DNA of 56,965 nucleotides from Octopus bimaculoides (lineage: Eukaryota): positions 11,859,533 to 11,916,497 of the forward strand of contig NC_068983.1 of assembly GCF_001194135.2 (NCBI RefSeq), given 5' to 3'. The notes beneath the pieces are model-generated. The model did not search any database, was not told the origin of the DNA, and saw only the letters and a program-made list of their open reading frames with translations. How positions within the stretch are numbered: the stretch's first letter is position 1; every line of letters begins with the position of its first letter. Shown piece by piece: positions 36,068-48,581 of the stretch. A program made the translations under genes and the position numbers.

Positions 36068-36492
36068 ATTATTATTATTGCTTTATCACAGGTTTTTTGG
36101 AGCTCCTGGAGTCTTGCATGCAGAGCAGGCTTACTACCTGCAGCCTACGGTACCATGCTATTCGTTCTTTTCAGTTATCTAATACTTTCCTGAGTATTCT
36201 GGCCGTGCCAAGGAGGCAAACCTTTTGTAACAGTTCTACTGGGCATTCTATTCCAATTTCCTTTATATTCCTCTTGATACCTTCTGATACTGTTCCCAAG
36301 GACCCAACAATAATTGGCACTATCTTCACCTTCTTCACTTTCTATAGCTGAGCTATTTCATACTTAAGAGAGTTGTATCTAACTATCTTTGTGTCTTCCT
36401 TCTTGACTATTCGTGTGTCAAAGGGGCATGCAACATCAACTATATAGCATATGTGGTGCACCTTGTCCACTACCACTAGGTCTGGCCTGTTG
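36068..36492 (-). mobile_element. 3' end of a restriction-like-endonuclease non-LTR retrotransposon (R4/Dong-like)
   Basis: RPDLVVVDK..CYIVDVACPFD..KIVRYNSL..IVPIIVGSLGTV..LQKVCLLGTARILRKVL* (PD-(D/E)xK RLE domain), one in-frame TAG, (TAA)n tail. Confidence 0.85.
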
Positions 36493-37330
36493 TTATTATT
36501 ATTATCATTATTATTATTAATCGACTTAACCCTTCCCCACAAATTTCAGGCCTTGTGCCTATAGTAGAAAGGATCATTATTATTATCCTCCTCCTCCTCC
36601 CCTTGTTAATCAGTTCATAATTAATGCATGCAAGACATTTCCAGATGTTGGTTTCATTATGGTTCAGTTTCTAAAATCCTGCTGCTTCGTTATTATTTTC
36701 ATTAACCCTACAAGCTTGTATCCATCTTTTTCTCTATTCATCTCCTCCATCCACCCATCCACCTCCTCTGCTTCACCTTTTGATATTTAAGATTATCGAT
36801 ATAGGCTAATTACTGTAATATCTATAAAAAGTTTACTCTCATTTTGTAGCGACATAATTGCAGTTTTTCTTTTATTTTCTATTGTTTTCCATTTTCCTTT
36901 ACACCTTTTTTTATTTTTGTTTTGAATGTCATTATTTTTGTTAATTGTAACAATCCTTACCGTACAAACAATCAAGGACTCCCACACTGCTATGTCTCCT
37001 CTGTAACCTTCTCCATTCGAGTCTTTCTTTGCCTTTACATGTCAGCCTCTTCTGCTTGAAAATTCGGTTGTGTTTACTTTACGGTAACCTTTTCAGCCTA
37101 CTGGTTGATGTGAACAGTCTCATCTTTCTGGGCTCTTGTGTTTACATTGAGAACAGGATCAATATCTCTGTTACCAGGAACATTACAAAGAAACACTTAG
37201 TATGATTAGAAAACTGTAGGAAATCTCTGACAGATTCTATCTGACCCATGGAAAAGTGGATGTTAAATGACGATGATGATGATGATAGAGTGGCAGGTGG
37301 TAGAATCAGTTGTGCATCAAGCAAAATGCC

Positions 37331-37381
<51 letters not shown>

Positions 37382-37404
37382 GTAGTAGTAGTAGTAGTAA
37401 TTGT

Positions 37405-37449
<45 letters not shown>

Positions 37450-37470
37450 TATTATTATTATTATTATTAT
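37331..37470. repeat. Compound (ATT)n(AGT)n(AAT)n(ATT)n microsatellite
   Basis: Seen directly. Confidence 0.95.
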
Positions 37471-37642
37471 CAAATTCCGCTGAGGTCGACTTTGCTTTTC
37501 ATCCATTCGGGGTCAATTAAATAAGTACCAGTTACGCACTGGGGTCGATGTAATCGACTTAATCCGTTTGTCTGCCCTTGTTTGTCCCCTCTATGTTTAT
37601 CCCCTTGAGGGCAATAAAGAAATATTAATAATAATAATAATA

Positions 37643-37676
<34 letters not shown>

Positions 37677-37876
37677 GTAGTAGTAGTAGTAGTAGTAATT
37701 GTTATAATTATGCTGATTTCAAATAGTTCTGTTTCTTTATATCCGGATTTCTAACTTAGGTCGGCTTTGCTTATCATCCTTCTAGGGTCAGTGAAATAAA
37801 GCAAGTGAAGTGCCAGAGTTGATCAGCCCTTTTGATACTGACCCCCTTGTGAATCACCCCTGGTTCTGTGGTGCAG

Positions 37877-38075
37877 GCTTTAGCATTCGGATTACTCTGA
37901 CAAATGTAGTGCTTAGTTATTCACAATGTATTTAATTAATCATGCAATATCTTGTAACTCTGAGATGGTTGTTTATTGTTGAACGACATTGTAGGATAGG
38001 TCTGAGAGGTGAGGGCTGGCTGTTTTGCGTATGAAACAGATAGAATATTTGTGTGAGATATGGCTGGTTTAAATG
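37877..38075 (-). mobile_element. piggyBac-like MITE, same family as 31049-31772
   Basis: Similar over about 200 bp (ctttagcattcggattactctg...gatatggctggtttaaatgct). Confidence 0.6.
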
Positions 38076-39452
38076 CTGATGGGTGAAAGTGATCTAAACT
38101 AAAACCATCCATCAAAATTTCACATTAATTTATGCTCCAAACACCTTATTATTAATGACAAAGTTATTTCATTAAATTCTTCATTATTTACAAAATTGAT
38201 TGAAGGAATGCAATATATTTCAACATAACAAAAGAATCAAAATGACTATGTACCTCCTACAAAATGTATAGCAATGTGCTAGTGTTTTAGTTAAGTTAAT
38301 TAATTAGTGCAGTAGGGCAGTAATAGTCAAATGTTGAACAAAATGTCTTTGTTACCTAGTCATGTTATGTTATAGCTTCATACCCATCAAAGATTTTTCC
38401 CCTCCTTCTGGGGTTGGTGTTATTGGTATATTCCAGGTCAACTGCAATTGAAGAAACCTATCATGAAAGGCTTTTTGATTGTAACCATCCTGTCTTTTTG
38501 TAGGTGTATGTAGGGCTACATTATCTATTGTGCCCTTGTTTTAAGATAGTTGGATGCGTTCTAATGAGGATTTGGCTGTTATTTATTGCAGGGCGAGAAA
38601 CTACAAGCTCTCCTTTCCTGATGTCTACTGGAGTTAGAAAAAGGGTTAAACCTTGGTGTGGAGTTAAACAAGGTCTTGAACTCTGGGGATGAATTGTGAG
38701 GTCTGTTTTAACTGGGGTCACTAAATGATCAGTCCTAACAATGACACCTATCTCTTTATTTAATTAATCATGTCTAGTCTTTTAGAGACTACAGTTAGTG
38801 TAGGACCAACTCAAAATGTATCTAGGACTACATTATCAAATGTAACATACCATTTTTTTTAATAGTAGGTTTGATGTGAGGGGTATTTGTTTGGTATTTC
38901 TAGCCAGTCATTTCTCCATTGTTGGTTCTGGTGGTCTAAATTGTATATATTGTTAAATCCTCAGCTTCATCTTCATCATCATCATTTTCATGTTTGCTTT
39001 TTCCATGCTGGTATGGGTTGGACAAAATTTTGTTTAGGCAGAATTCTACATCCTACGTCACACATAGAGATCAACCTGAAACCATTTAATTGCATTTCCT
39101 ACTTCTAGGTATTGTGCTAGCATTGTGAACGATCAGCTGAAATACTCGTGCTCTTGCTTAAGGATGTCCTAAGGTTCTCAACATTTTCACTGGGTCTCGA
39201 AGGATTTGAGGTTTTCTTATAATGACAGAAAGCAGGATTTGAACTCACAATGTTTTGAGTCAAAGTGCTTACTGCAAAGCAAATACCATCTGAGGCTCTT
39301 ACATTCTACCAATCCACTACTATGGACTGGTATTTTATTTATTAATCCCAAAAGGATGGATGGTAAAGTTAATATAGGTGGAATTTGAACTCAAACTGTA
39401 AAGGGCTGTACTAAATAATACAAGGTATTTTATCTGATGCTGTGATGATTCT

Positions 39453-39529
39453 ACTCATTTAACACTCATTTAATACTCATTTAATACTCATTTAATACTC
39501 ATTTAATACTCATTTAATACTCATTTAAT
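39453..39529. repeat. 11-bp minisatellite (ACTCATTTAAT)7
   Basis: Seven contiguous units, the first ending in C. Confidence 0.95.
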
Positions 39530-40096
39530 GAGTGTGATGCAGCAGGCTGTTGAGAACAAAACAAAACAAAACACAAAGGGAACCCATGATCTCAAACAGA
39601 AATGAGGTTACTCTCTTCTTGCTCAACTCTTCTCCATTTCTGAAGCAAGGGCCACTGTCAAGTGGACTACCACTGCATTGTATGAGGCACTCTGTAGCTG
39701 ATTGTGTGTGTGTATGTGAGAGAGAGAGAGAGAGAGAAAAGAATTGATCCTAGTATTTGATTGGTGTTTTATTTATTGGATCTGCAAGACTGAAAGACAA
39801 AGTTTACCTGTATTGAAAGCATCACAGAAAACTGGAACAAATATCACAAGGTACTCTATCAGAAGTCTAAAGACCCTAATTATTTGTCTGTATATATAAA
39901 GATGCACACACGCGCACGCACGCACGCNNNNNNNNNNNNNNNNNNNNNNNNNNNNNNNNNNNNNNNNNNNNNNNNNNNNNNNNNNNNNNNNNNNNNNNNN
40001 NNNNNNNNNNNNNNNNNNNNNNNNNNNNNNNNNNNNNNNNNNNNNNNNNNNNNNNNNNNNNNNNNNNNNNNNNNNNNNNNNNNNNNNNNNNNNNNN

Positions 40097-40129
<33 letters not shown>

Positions 40130-40133
<4 letters not shown>

Positions 40134-40540
40134 TTGAATTAAAAAATTACTGCAATCTCTCAATGTTGTGAGTCCCACCATGGCTAACTGTAAATGCTAA
40201 TGTCAGCTCATCAATGGTTAAGTACCTATCTGCTCCAATTAAAGCATTTGCTTTTTTTTGTTGTTGGCTGGGTTGACAGAAGTTGATGGGTGGCTACTAA
40301 AATGCATGTCTACTAAGCTTGAATTTCCTAATTCATTTTAATCTGTTGAATTCTCAGTCAGATAACAGGCTCATCTCCACACACACTGCTGTAGTTTAAA
40401 TCTTTATCTTTGTAAACATTTCCAGGAGCTTGTCTTTTGGCAACAAGGAACTCAAATACTGCTCTTTGCTTCTGAGGGACTTCCAGTGGGGCAGCCATTT
40501 TGATATTGGCTTATTCGTATATCTATAAAAAACAAGGAAA
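40130..40540 (-). mobile_element. Mariner transposase N-terminal relic
   Basis: Minus-strand translation gives QKQRAVFEFLVA.. and HPSTSVNPANNKKANALIGADRYLTIDEL..SHGGTHNI, the mariner HTH region, with stops and frameshifts. Confidence 0.7.
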
Positions 40541-40703
40541 ACGAAACTAGATAATGAAAGACCAAGAATATATATGCCTTTACATCCATACAAAATATCA
40601 AATAAGTTCATTGAAAAATGCACTTATGATAAAAAGTGCATTAGTTTTTGACTTAGCCTTGTGTGTCTGCATACATGTGTGTACACAAACACATACCTGC
40701 AGG

Positions 40704-40738
<35 letters not shown>

Positions 40739-41929
40739 CTTGGAAAAGGATACGTGGCATTTGATCATTTAATAATATAAATAATATATAAATATATGCA
40801 TATATCCATACATATATGTACATACCTCTTGTCTCATTGAAATAAGTACCTCAGAAATTGTTTTTTTTGTTAAAATGTTGATTTACCAACAGCAGAATGA
40901 TCTCTTTTTTTATCATTCTGCTGGACCAAAGCTTGTTGGAACAAAAATAAAACATCAAAACCAGTTCAGAGCTTTACTTGTCTGGCAAGTAATTTGATCT
41001 GAGATTCTGTGTTGAAACTAAAACAGCTGTATTGTAAAAATGCCTGTCTGAATTTTGATACCTCAGGAAATAATAAGTGAATTTAAGAATTTTTGTATGT
41101 TTACAGATGGCTAAAATGTCTCTATTATGATGTAATTGCTTGAAAAACAATATCTAACAAAATAACTAAGAATAAAGATTTATCATGCACAGTTTTTATT
41201 GAATTTAACATGGAATATTTTCTACTCAAAAAGTGTTTTTTTTTCATATGAAAGTTCTTCTCTTGTCAGTAGCATTGCCTTCCTATTTTCATATCCTGTC
41301 AATCTTGATTAAATCTCATTTGTTAAAAATATTTATCTATTTATTTATGTAAATAATATTTATTTAAATAACATGCAACATAGCTTTTAAGAGTGGCCAA
41401 TATATTTATTTGTATTATATTTGTCAAGTTACTTTTGACTGTGATATATCATGGTTGCTTTCATCTGTGATATACTTTATGTCCCTTGAATTCTGTGTCT
41501 GAATTTAAATAAACTAAATGCATGTATTAGATCTGTATAAATAAATTAAAAGAAAATCTAAACATTGTTAGTCAGTTTCATGTGTTTCAAAGTTCATTTT
41601 TGTATCTTGGCTGATACAAAAGCTCCTTGTGTAAATTTTGTAAATTGGCTGTATATAAATAAAACTTCAAACAAGAAAATTATAAATATTTGAATATTAA
41701 ATTAATAAACCATATTGATTTTCCCTTTGTTTTGCTTAGTTGTGATTACATTATTATACATACAAATGGTGCAGGTATGCCTGTATAGTTAAAGAAGCCT
41801 ACTTCTCAAATCATGTATTGGGTTGTCCGGAAAGTTCGTGCCGATTTATATTAGCTTACCTTTCGACTTATTTGTCATGAAACCACCTCAATTCTGGGAA
41901 GAGGGTATTTTCAAGTTTCGAGCGAGATC

Positions 41930-42210
41930 ATTGCCAGTGCCGATGGACTGGCTCCTGTGCAGGTGGCACGTAAAATACACCATTTTGAGCATGGCCATCA
42001 CCAGTACCGCCTGACTGGCCCTCGTGCTGGTGGCACGTAAAAGCACCCACTACACTCTCTGAGTGGTTGGCGTTAGGAAGGGCATCCAGCTGTAGAAACT
42101 CTGCCAAATCAGATTGGAGCCTGGTGTAGCCATCTGGTTTCACCAGTCCTCAGTCACATCGTCCAACCCATGCTAGCATGGAAAGCGGACGTTAAACGAC
42201 GACGATGATG
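41930..42210 (+). mobile_element. SINE family C
   Basis: Near-consensus. Further copies at about 10800, 22065, 24410 and 33080. Confidence 0.9.
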
Positions 42211-43065
42211 AAAGGAAAGATGGAGACGCATTGTGCAACAAAATGGCTCATATTTGGTTGATTAAAATGTAATGACAAGTATTTATTGACTTTTTCCTTT
42301 CCTTTAAAAATCGGCACGAACTTTCCGGACAACCCAATAGTTTTGGGTTTAGTCCCACTGTGTGATACCTTGTGGTAGTGTTTTCTATTATAGCAGACCA
42401 AAGCCTTGTGAGTGAATTTGATAGACAGAAACTGAAAGAAGCCTATTTTATACATACATACATACATACATCATCAGCATCATCAAGATCCTTTAACTGA
42501 TGCAGCCTCCCGTCATTGTTGATCTCTGTTTTCTGTCATGACAAAGCTTCTCATTTTGAGCTCCCTGTATGGTGTGTGTAGCAGTATTCTGAAGCACTTG
42601 TGCTCAAATGGGTGTAGGTGTGGCTGTGTGGTAAGAAGTTTATTTCTCAACTACATGGTTCCAGGTTCAGTCCCACTGTATAACACCTTAAGCAAGCATC
42701 TTATGCTATAGCCTTTATCTCTTTATAAAAACAGATAAAACATTGTTACTTTACTCTTCATAGCAAATCAATGCATGGAAGTCTTTTACAAACTCTTTGT
42801 GGATCAATTTTTGCTGCAGTTTCTTTGATTTCTAGACTTTAACTGCAGACAAGATCATTTTACATTTCTTCTTCCATGCTAACATGGGTTTGATGAACAC
42901 ATATTGGGGCATTTGTTTTTATAGCCGGACACCTTTCCTGTTGCTTAACTGTTTTTCGAGAAAAGATTTTTTTAGTCTAATTATCTTTAACAGAGCTATG
43001 GGACAACTTCTTCACAGAGAATATCAACAGATATTGCTATTCTGTTCAGTACTTATGTGAGGTTG

Positions 43066-43423
43066 TTGGCTCTCAGTTGCTTACGACGCTAAGGGTTCCA
43101 GTTGATCCGATCAATGGAACAGCCTGCTCGTGAAATTAACGTGCAAGTGGCTGAGTACTCCACAGACACGTGTACCCTTAACGGAGTTCTCGGGGATATT
43201 CAGCGTGACACAGAGTGTGACAAGGCTGACCCTTTTGAATTACAGGAAGTAAGAGTGAGAGAAAGTTGTGGTGAAAGAGTACAGCAGGGTTCGCCACCAT
43301 ACCCTGCCTGAGCCACGTGGAGCTTTAGGTATTTTCGCACAATAAACACTCACAACGCCTGGTCTAGGAACCGAAACCGCGATCCTATGACCGCGAGTCC
43401 ACTGCCCTAACCACTGGGCCATT
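43066..43423 (-). mobile_element. SINE family E (different head, same 3' module as D)
   Basis: Head GGAGGCACAATGGCCCAGTGGTTAGG; second copy at 10637-10772. Confidence 0.8.
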
Positions 43424-43650
43424 GTGCCTCCATGGGATTTTAAAATACAATGGCAGAATAAAAAAGAACTGCTTGTTTATGTATCTAAGTTTCTGTGTTG
43501 GCTTATAAAAACTGTTTATGAAAATGCTGCAATATTTCTTAATGTCTACAATAGATACAACGTATTTTATTGTTTACAATAATATCAATACTATTTTAGT
43601 GAAGTATGTAGAGTGATATATTTTAGAAGGTAGCTAGGTATGGCATATAT

Positions 43651-44202
43651 AAAACTTAGAAAACTTAGATATGTTTCGACCAAAGATTGGTCCAGGCCAT
43701 GTCTAATTTAATAGCACCACCTGATAGGGTTATCTAAACCCTTTTTACAGCCAAGTTCTGTTTATGGTCCATTCAAGTAGTGAGTTCTTATTGAGTGAGT
43801 TGCATCCAGGTATGGGTGGCTTGTCTGGTATTCCTTGAAGAAATCTGTCTAGACTCCGTACAAAGCTGATAGGATCCTTTTCCTCTTTTATCTGTTTCGG
43901 GACAATGTTTTAAACAGGGCAGAGCCTGTTGAGGAAAAGAAATTATGCCGCAGTGTACCTATATGTTGTGATTCTGAATTGGGCAGGGGACATATGGCTC
44001 GTGGTCCCAGCCTTGGATGAACCTTGAAACTAATGTTCAGGTCGTTTGGGTAATGCTGGCGGTATATTTTCCACATCGTACAGTATATTTTCCACATCGT
44101 ACGCTGGAGAGAGTAGAGCTTCAAGGCTTTAAGGCGGTCCCAGTAATTAAGATCTGTCATGCCTTCAATTCGTTTGGTGAGTGCCAAACGAATTGAAGGC
44201 AT
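43651..44202 (-). mobile_element. CR1-like LINE 3' fragment
   Basis: TKRIEGMTDLNYWDRLKALKLYSLQR..WKI is typical of the CR1/L2-group C-terminus; 3' stem-loop GACCAA-TCT-TTGGTC and (CTAAGTTTT)2 tail. Confidence 0.8.
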
Positions 44203-44577
44203 ATATATNNNNNNNNNNNNNNNNNNNNNNNNNNNNNNNNNNNNNNNNNNNNNNNNNNNNNNNNNNNNNNNNNNNNNNNNNNNNNNNNNNNNNNNNNNNN
44301 NNNNNNNNNNNNNNNNNNNNNNNNNNNNNNNNNNNNNNNNNNNNNNNNNNNNNNTAAATTGAGACACTTTGCTAGGTCGGTATAATCCACACACTCAAAC
44401 AAGATTAATTGAATATTGAATATCAAGACTTCGTGCAAGGGTGTTTGTACCTGATATTCTTGTCGTATGCGGTTATCTGAGGAGAACGGTTTCTTTCAAA
44501 TGATGTAATGTTTTCATTAATCAATTAAAAGAGTCGCTTGAAACGTCCGTAATGAATTGACACCTGTACACCTTTGT

Positions 44578-44621
<44 letters not shown>

Positions 44622-45705
44622 CATATATATCTACATACACGCGCGCGCACATTCATACATACGTACACACACATATCAAACGCATAGATATATAGACTTA
44701 CATGTGTACATACATACATGCATAAATACACTCATACATTTGCATATATATATATTTGTTACGTACACACACATGCACATATAACGTACATGTGTGTGTG
44801 TATGTGTGTGATTCGGCAGTTAAAAGAAAATTTTTCTCCTATAAAAACAACTCTTGTATTTTATAGAAAACTTGAAATAATTTTACAGTACCACAAACAT
44901 AGCCTGAGGTTTAATTTAAATAACAAAAATGTATTGTATTTGTTATAAGATATCAATAGTATTGATGTTATTGTAAACAATAAAAAACTTTGTATTTATT
45001 GTAAACATTAAGAAATATTGCAGTTTTGATTTTTTGCAAACGCGAGTGGATTGCAGAATTGATAAACTAAGACAATATGGCTGGCCACGTTGCGTCTTGG
45101 TACAATTGTTATGCCATTAGGTTGAAGTGCTCTGTTTTGCGTTCTGAGTGCAAATCCCATCGATATCAACTTTCCTTTTTGTTCCTTTGTGATCGATAAG
45201 TAAAGTATCAGTTCAGTCTTGGGGTCGATAAATCATTTCTGTTTGAATAAATTATTTCTGTTCAAACCTCGAGAGGATATGAAATTCTTCAGTCTTTAGT
45301 GTTGTACCTCTGGCAAGTATCTTTTACTATAACTTCGAATCACACATGCACGACATACAAACACATGCTTGCATATAACGAAATATTAAATAAACTAATC
45401 ATAATTGTAATATTTTATAGTATAAATTGAAGGTAGAATACTGGTAGAATCTTTCGCGCCGGGCAAAATGCTTAGTGGTATTTCGTCCGTCTTTATGTTC
45501 TGAGTTCAAATTCCACCGAAGTCGACTTTGCCTTTATTCTTCTCGGAGTCGATAAAATAAGTACTCGTTGCTTAGTGGAGCCGATGTAGTCCATTGGCTC
45601 CTTCTCACGAAATATCAGGCCTTGTGTCTATAGTAGAAAGGAATATTTTATAAAATAAATGATTATGAATAAGGTAGTCAAGATAATGTTAACATACTTA
45701 ACATA

Positions 45706-45869
45706 TAGACACAGGAGTGACTGTGTAGTAAGTAGCTTATTTACCAACCACACGGTTCCGGGTTCAGTCCCACTGCGTGGCACCTTGGGTAAGTGTCTTC
45801 TACTATAGCCTCGGGCCGACCAAAGCCTTGGGAGTGGATTTGGTAGATCGAAGCTGAAAGAAGCCCATC

Positions 45870-45914
<45 letters not shown>

Positions 45915-46110
45915 TGTGTGTCTGTGTTTAGCCTCCCACCATCGCTTGACAGCCGATGTTGGTGTGTTTACGTTCCCACACCTTAGCAGTTCGGCAAAAG
46001 CAGACCGATAGAATATATACTAGGCTTACAAGGAATAAGTTCTGGGGTCGATTTGTTCAATTAAAAGCGGTGCTTCAGTACGGCCACAGTGAAATAACTG
46101 AAACGAATAA
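45706..46110 (+). mobile_element. SINE family B, full length
   Basis: Head, (TA)n core and tail. Confidence 0.9.
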
Positions 46111-46711
46111 AAGAATAGTTAATGTAAGGTGCATAAAAGAAAAAAAACCTCGCTGAAAATAATTACTCGTGGGGGGAAACAAATAGTGATTTTGATGCTT
46201 AATTCTATGAAAGATGATGAATAACTTATTCGTCTCCACACAGTTATATTTAGTTATTCTTAATCTCTCTCTTAAATTGTGTTCTGATTAAAATATTGAA
46301 AAAATACGTAACTCGTTGAATTTACTTGCTCGAAGGTTCGTTAAACAAAAATTAAGAAAAAATCTGGAAGAATATTTGAATTTTATTCCTAAGAGTTGAA
46401 ATATGTTAATTCAGCTATTAATTTGTCTTCGATTATTTGCAATTGAAAGCTAAAACTCAAGTTTTTCTTTGCTATTTAAGCCGGCATAATTGTCAAGAGA
46501 GATAACTCGAACATGACTATTTATGTTATCTCCCTTAGATCAAGATATTTTTGTGCTTTCGTGTGTTAAGGGATAAAACTCAAGACTGCATTTTGTATTC
46601 ACTAATTTTAAATAGAAGAAAATGAAGTGATGGCTAATATCTATCTGTTTTAAATTTAAATTCTTTCGTCATCAGCTGTTTGTTTCATATCATTTTGTTC
46701 AATAACATAGC

Positions 46712-47111
46712 AGCAGGGGTGGTTGTGTGGTAAGTAGCTTGCGTACCAACCACATGGTTCCGGGTTCAGTCCCACTGCGTGACACCTTGGGCAAGTGTCT
46801 TCTACTCGGGCCGACCAAAGCCTTGTAAGTGGATTTGGTAGACGGAAACTGAAAGAAGACCGTCGTATATATGTATATATATATATATATGTATGTGTGA
46901 TTGTGTGTCTGTGTTTGTCTCCCCCACCGTCGCTTGACAACCGATGCTGGTGTGTTTACGTCCCCGTAACTTAGCGGTTCGGCAAAAAGAGAGCGATAGA
47001 ATAAGTACTAGGTTTACAAAGAATAAGTCCTAGGATCGATTTTCTCGACTAAAGGCGGTGCTCCAGCATGGCCACACTCAAATGATTGAAACAAGTAAAA
47101 GAATAAAAGAG
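46712..47111 (+). mobile_element. SINE family B, full length
   Basis: Head, (TA)n core and (TAAAAGAA)n tail. Confidence 0.9.
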
Positions 47112-47159
47112 NNNNNNNNNNATTCCGTCACCTCGCTTCCTTAAATTCATGCAAAATAT

Positions 47160-47570
47160 TATTTTCTACTCAAGGCACGAAAATTTTGGGGAGCGGGGCC
47201 AGTCGAATAGATCGATTCCGGTATGCAATTGACACTTTAATTTATCAACCCCGAAAGGATGAAAGGCAAAGTCGACCTCGGCGGAATTTGAACTCAGAAC
47301 GTAAAGGCAGACGCAATGCCGCTAAGCATTTCGCTCGGCTCGCTAACGTTTCTTATTTCTTTACTGCCCACAATGGGCTACACACTGAGGGGACAGACAA
47401 ACGGATTAAGTCGAACATATCGACCCCAGTGCGTAACTGGTACTTATTTAATCGACATCGAAAGGAAGAAAGGCAAAGTCGACCTCGACGGAATTTGAAC
47501 TCAGAACGTAAAGACAGACGAAATATCGCTAAGCATTTCGCCCGGCTCGTTAATGTTTCTGTCAGCTCGC
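47160..47570 (-). mobile_element. Two tandem SINE family A copies
   Basis: Two heads at about 47345 and 47570. Further copies at about 37470, 45436, 48420 and 48929. Confidence 0.85.
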
Positions 47571-47706
47571 TTCCTTATTCATGCAGAATATTATATAAAT
47601 AATAGATAACAGTACATAAATGCTTCTCATACGGACACAATGATCTAAACATGCAAGACGAGCATCGACGATTCGACTAACTCTACCACTCAGCTTCCTT
47701 ATTAAC

Positions 47707-48054
47707 ATAGGCGCAGGAGTGGCTGTGTGGTAAGTAGCTTGCTTACCAACCACACGGTTCCGGGTTCATTCCCACTGCGTGACACCTTGGGCAAGTGTCT
47801 TCTACTATAGCCTCAGGCCGACCAAAGCCTTGTGAGTGGATTTGGTAGACGGAAACTGANNNNNNNNNNNNNNNNNNNNNNNNNNNNNNNNNNNNNNNNN
47901 NNNNNNNNNNNNNNNNNNNNNNNNNNNNNNNNNNNNNNNNNNNNNNNNNNNNNNNNNNNNNNNNNNNNNNNNNNNNNNNNNNNNNNNNNNNNNNNNNNNN
48001 NNNNNNNNNNNNNNNNNNNNNNNNNNNNNNNNNNNNNNNNNNNNNNNNNNNNNN

Positions 48055-48101
<47 letters not shown>

Positions 48102-48310
48102 CTGTGTTTGTCCCCCCCGCCCCCAACATCGCTTGACAACCGTTGGTGGTGTGTTTATGTCCCCGTAACTTAGCAGTTCGGCAAAAAGAGTCCGATAGAA
48201 TAAGTACTAGGCTTACAAAGAATAAGTCCTGGGGTCGATTTGCTCGACTAAAGGCAGTGCTCCAGCATGGCCACAGTCAAATGACTGAAACAAGTAAAAG
48301 TGTAAAAGAG
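47707..48310 (+). mobile_element. SINE family B (gap in microsatellite)
   Basis: Head and tail match the consensus. Further partial copies at about 11570, 21270, 26050, 29290, 30480, 34090, 42300 and 42610. Confidence 0.9.
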
Positions 48311-48539
48311 TATAGGGAATCGCAAAGTTTATGATCTTACACTGTTTATCTCCTCCTCCTCCTCCTTGTCTACATCAACACTCATAATGCACCATTTATC
48401 CCAGGTACAATCTTTATTATGTCAGTCTTTACATTCTGAGTTCAAACTCTACCGAGGTCGATTTCGCCTTTCACCCTTTCGGAAGTCAATAAAATAAGTA
48501 GTAGTGAAACACTGGGGCTTTGTGCCTTTAGTAGAAAGG

Positions 48540-48581
<42 letters not shown>

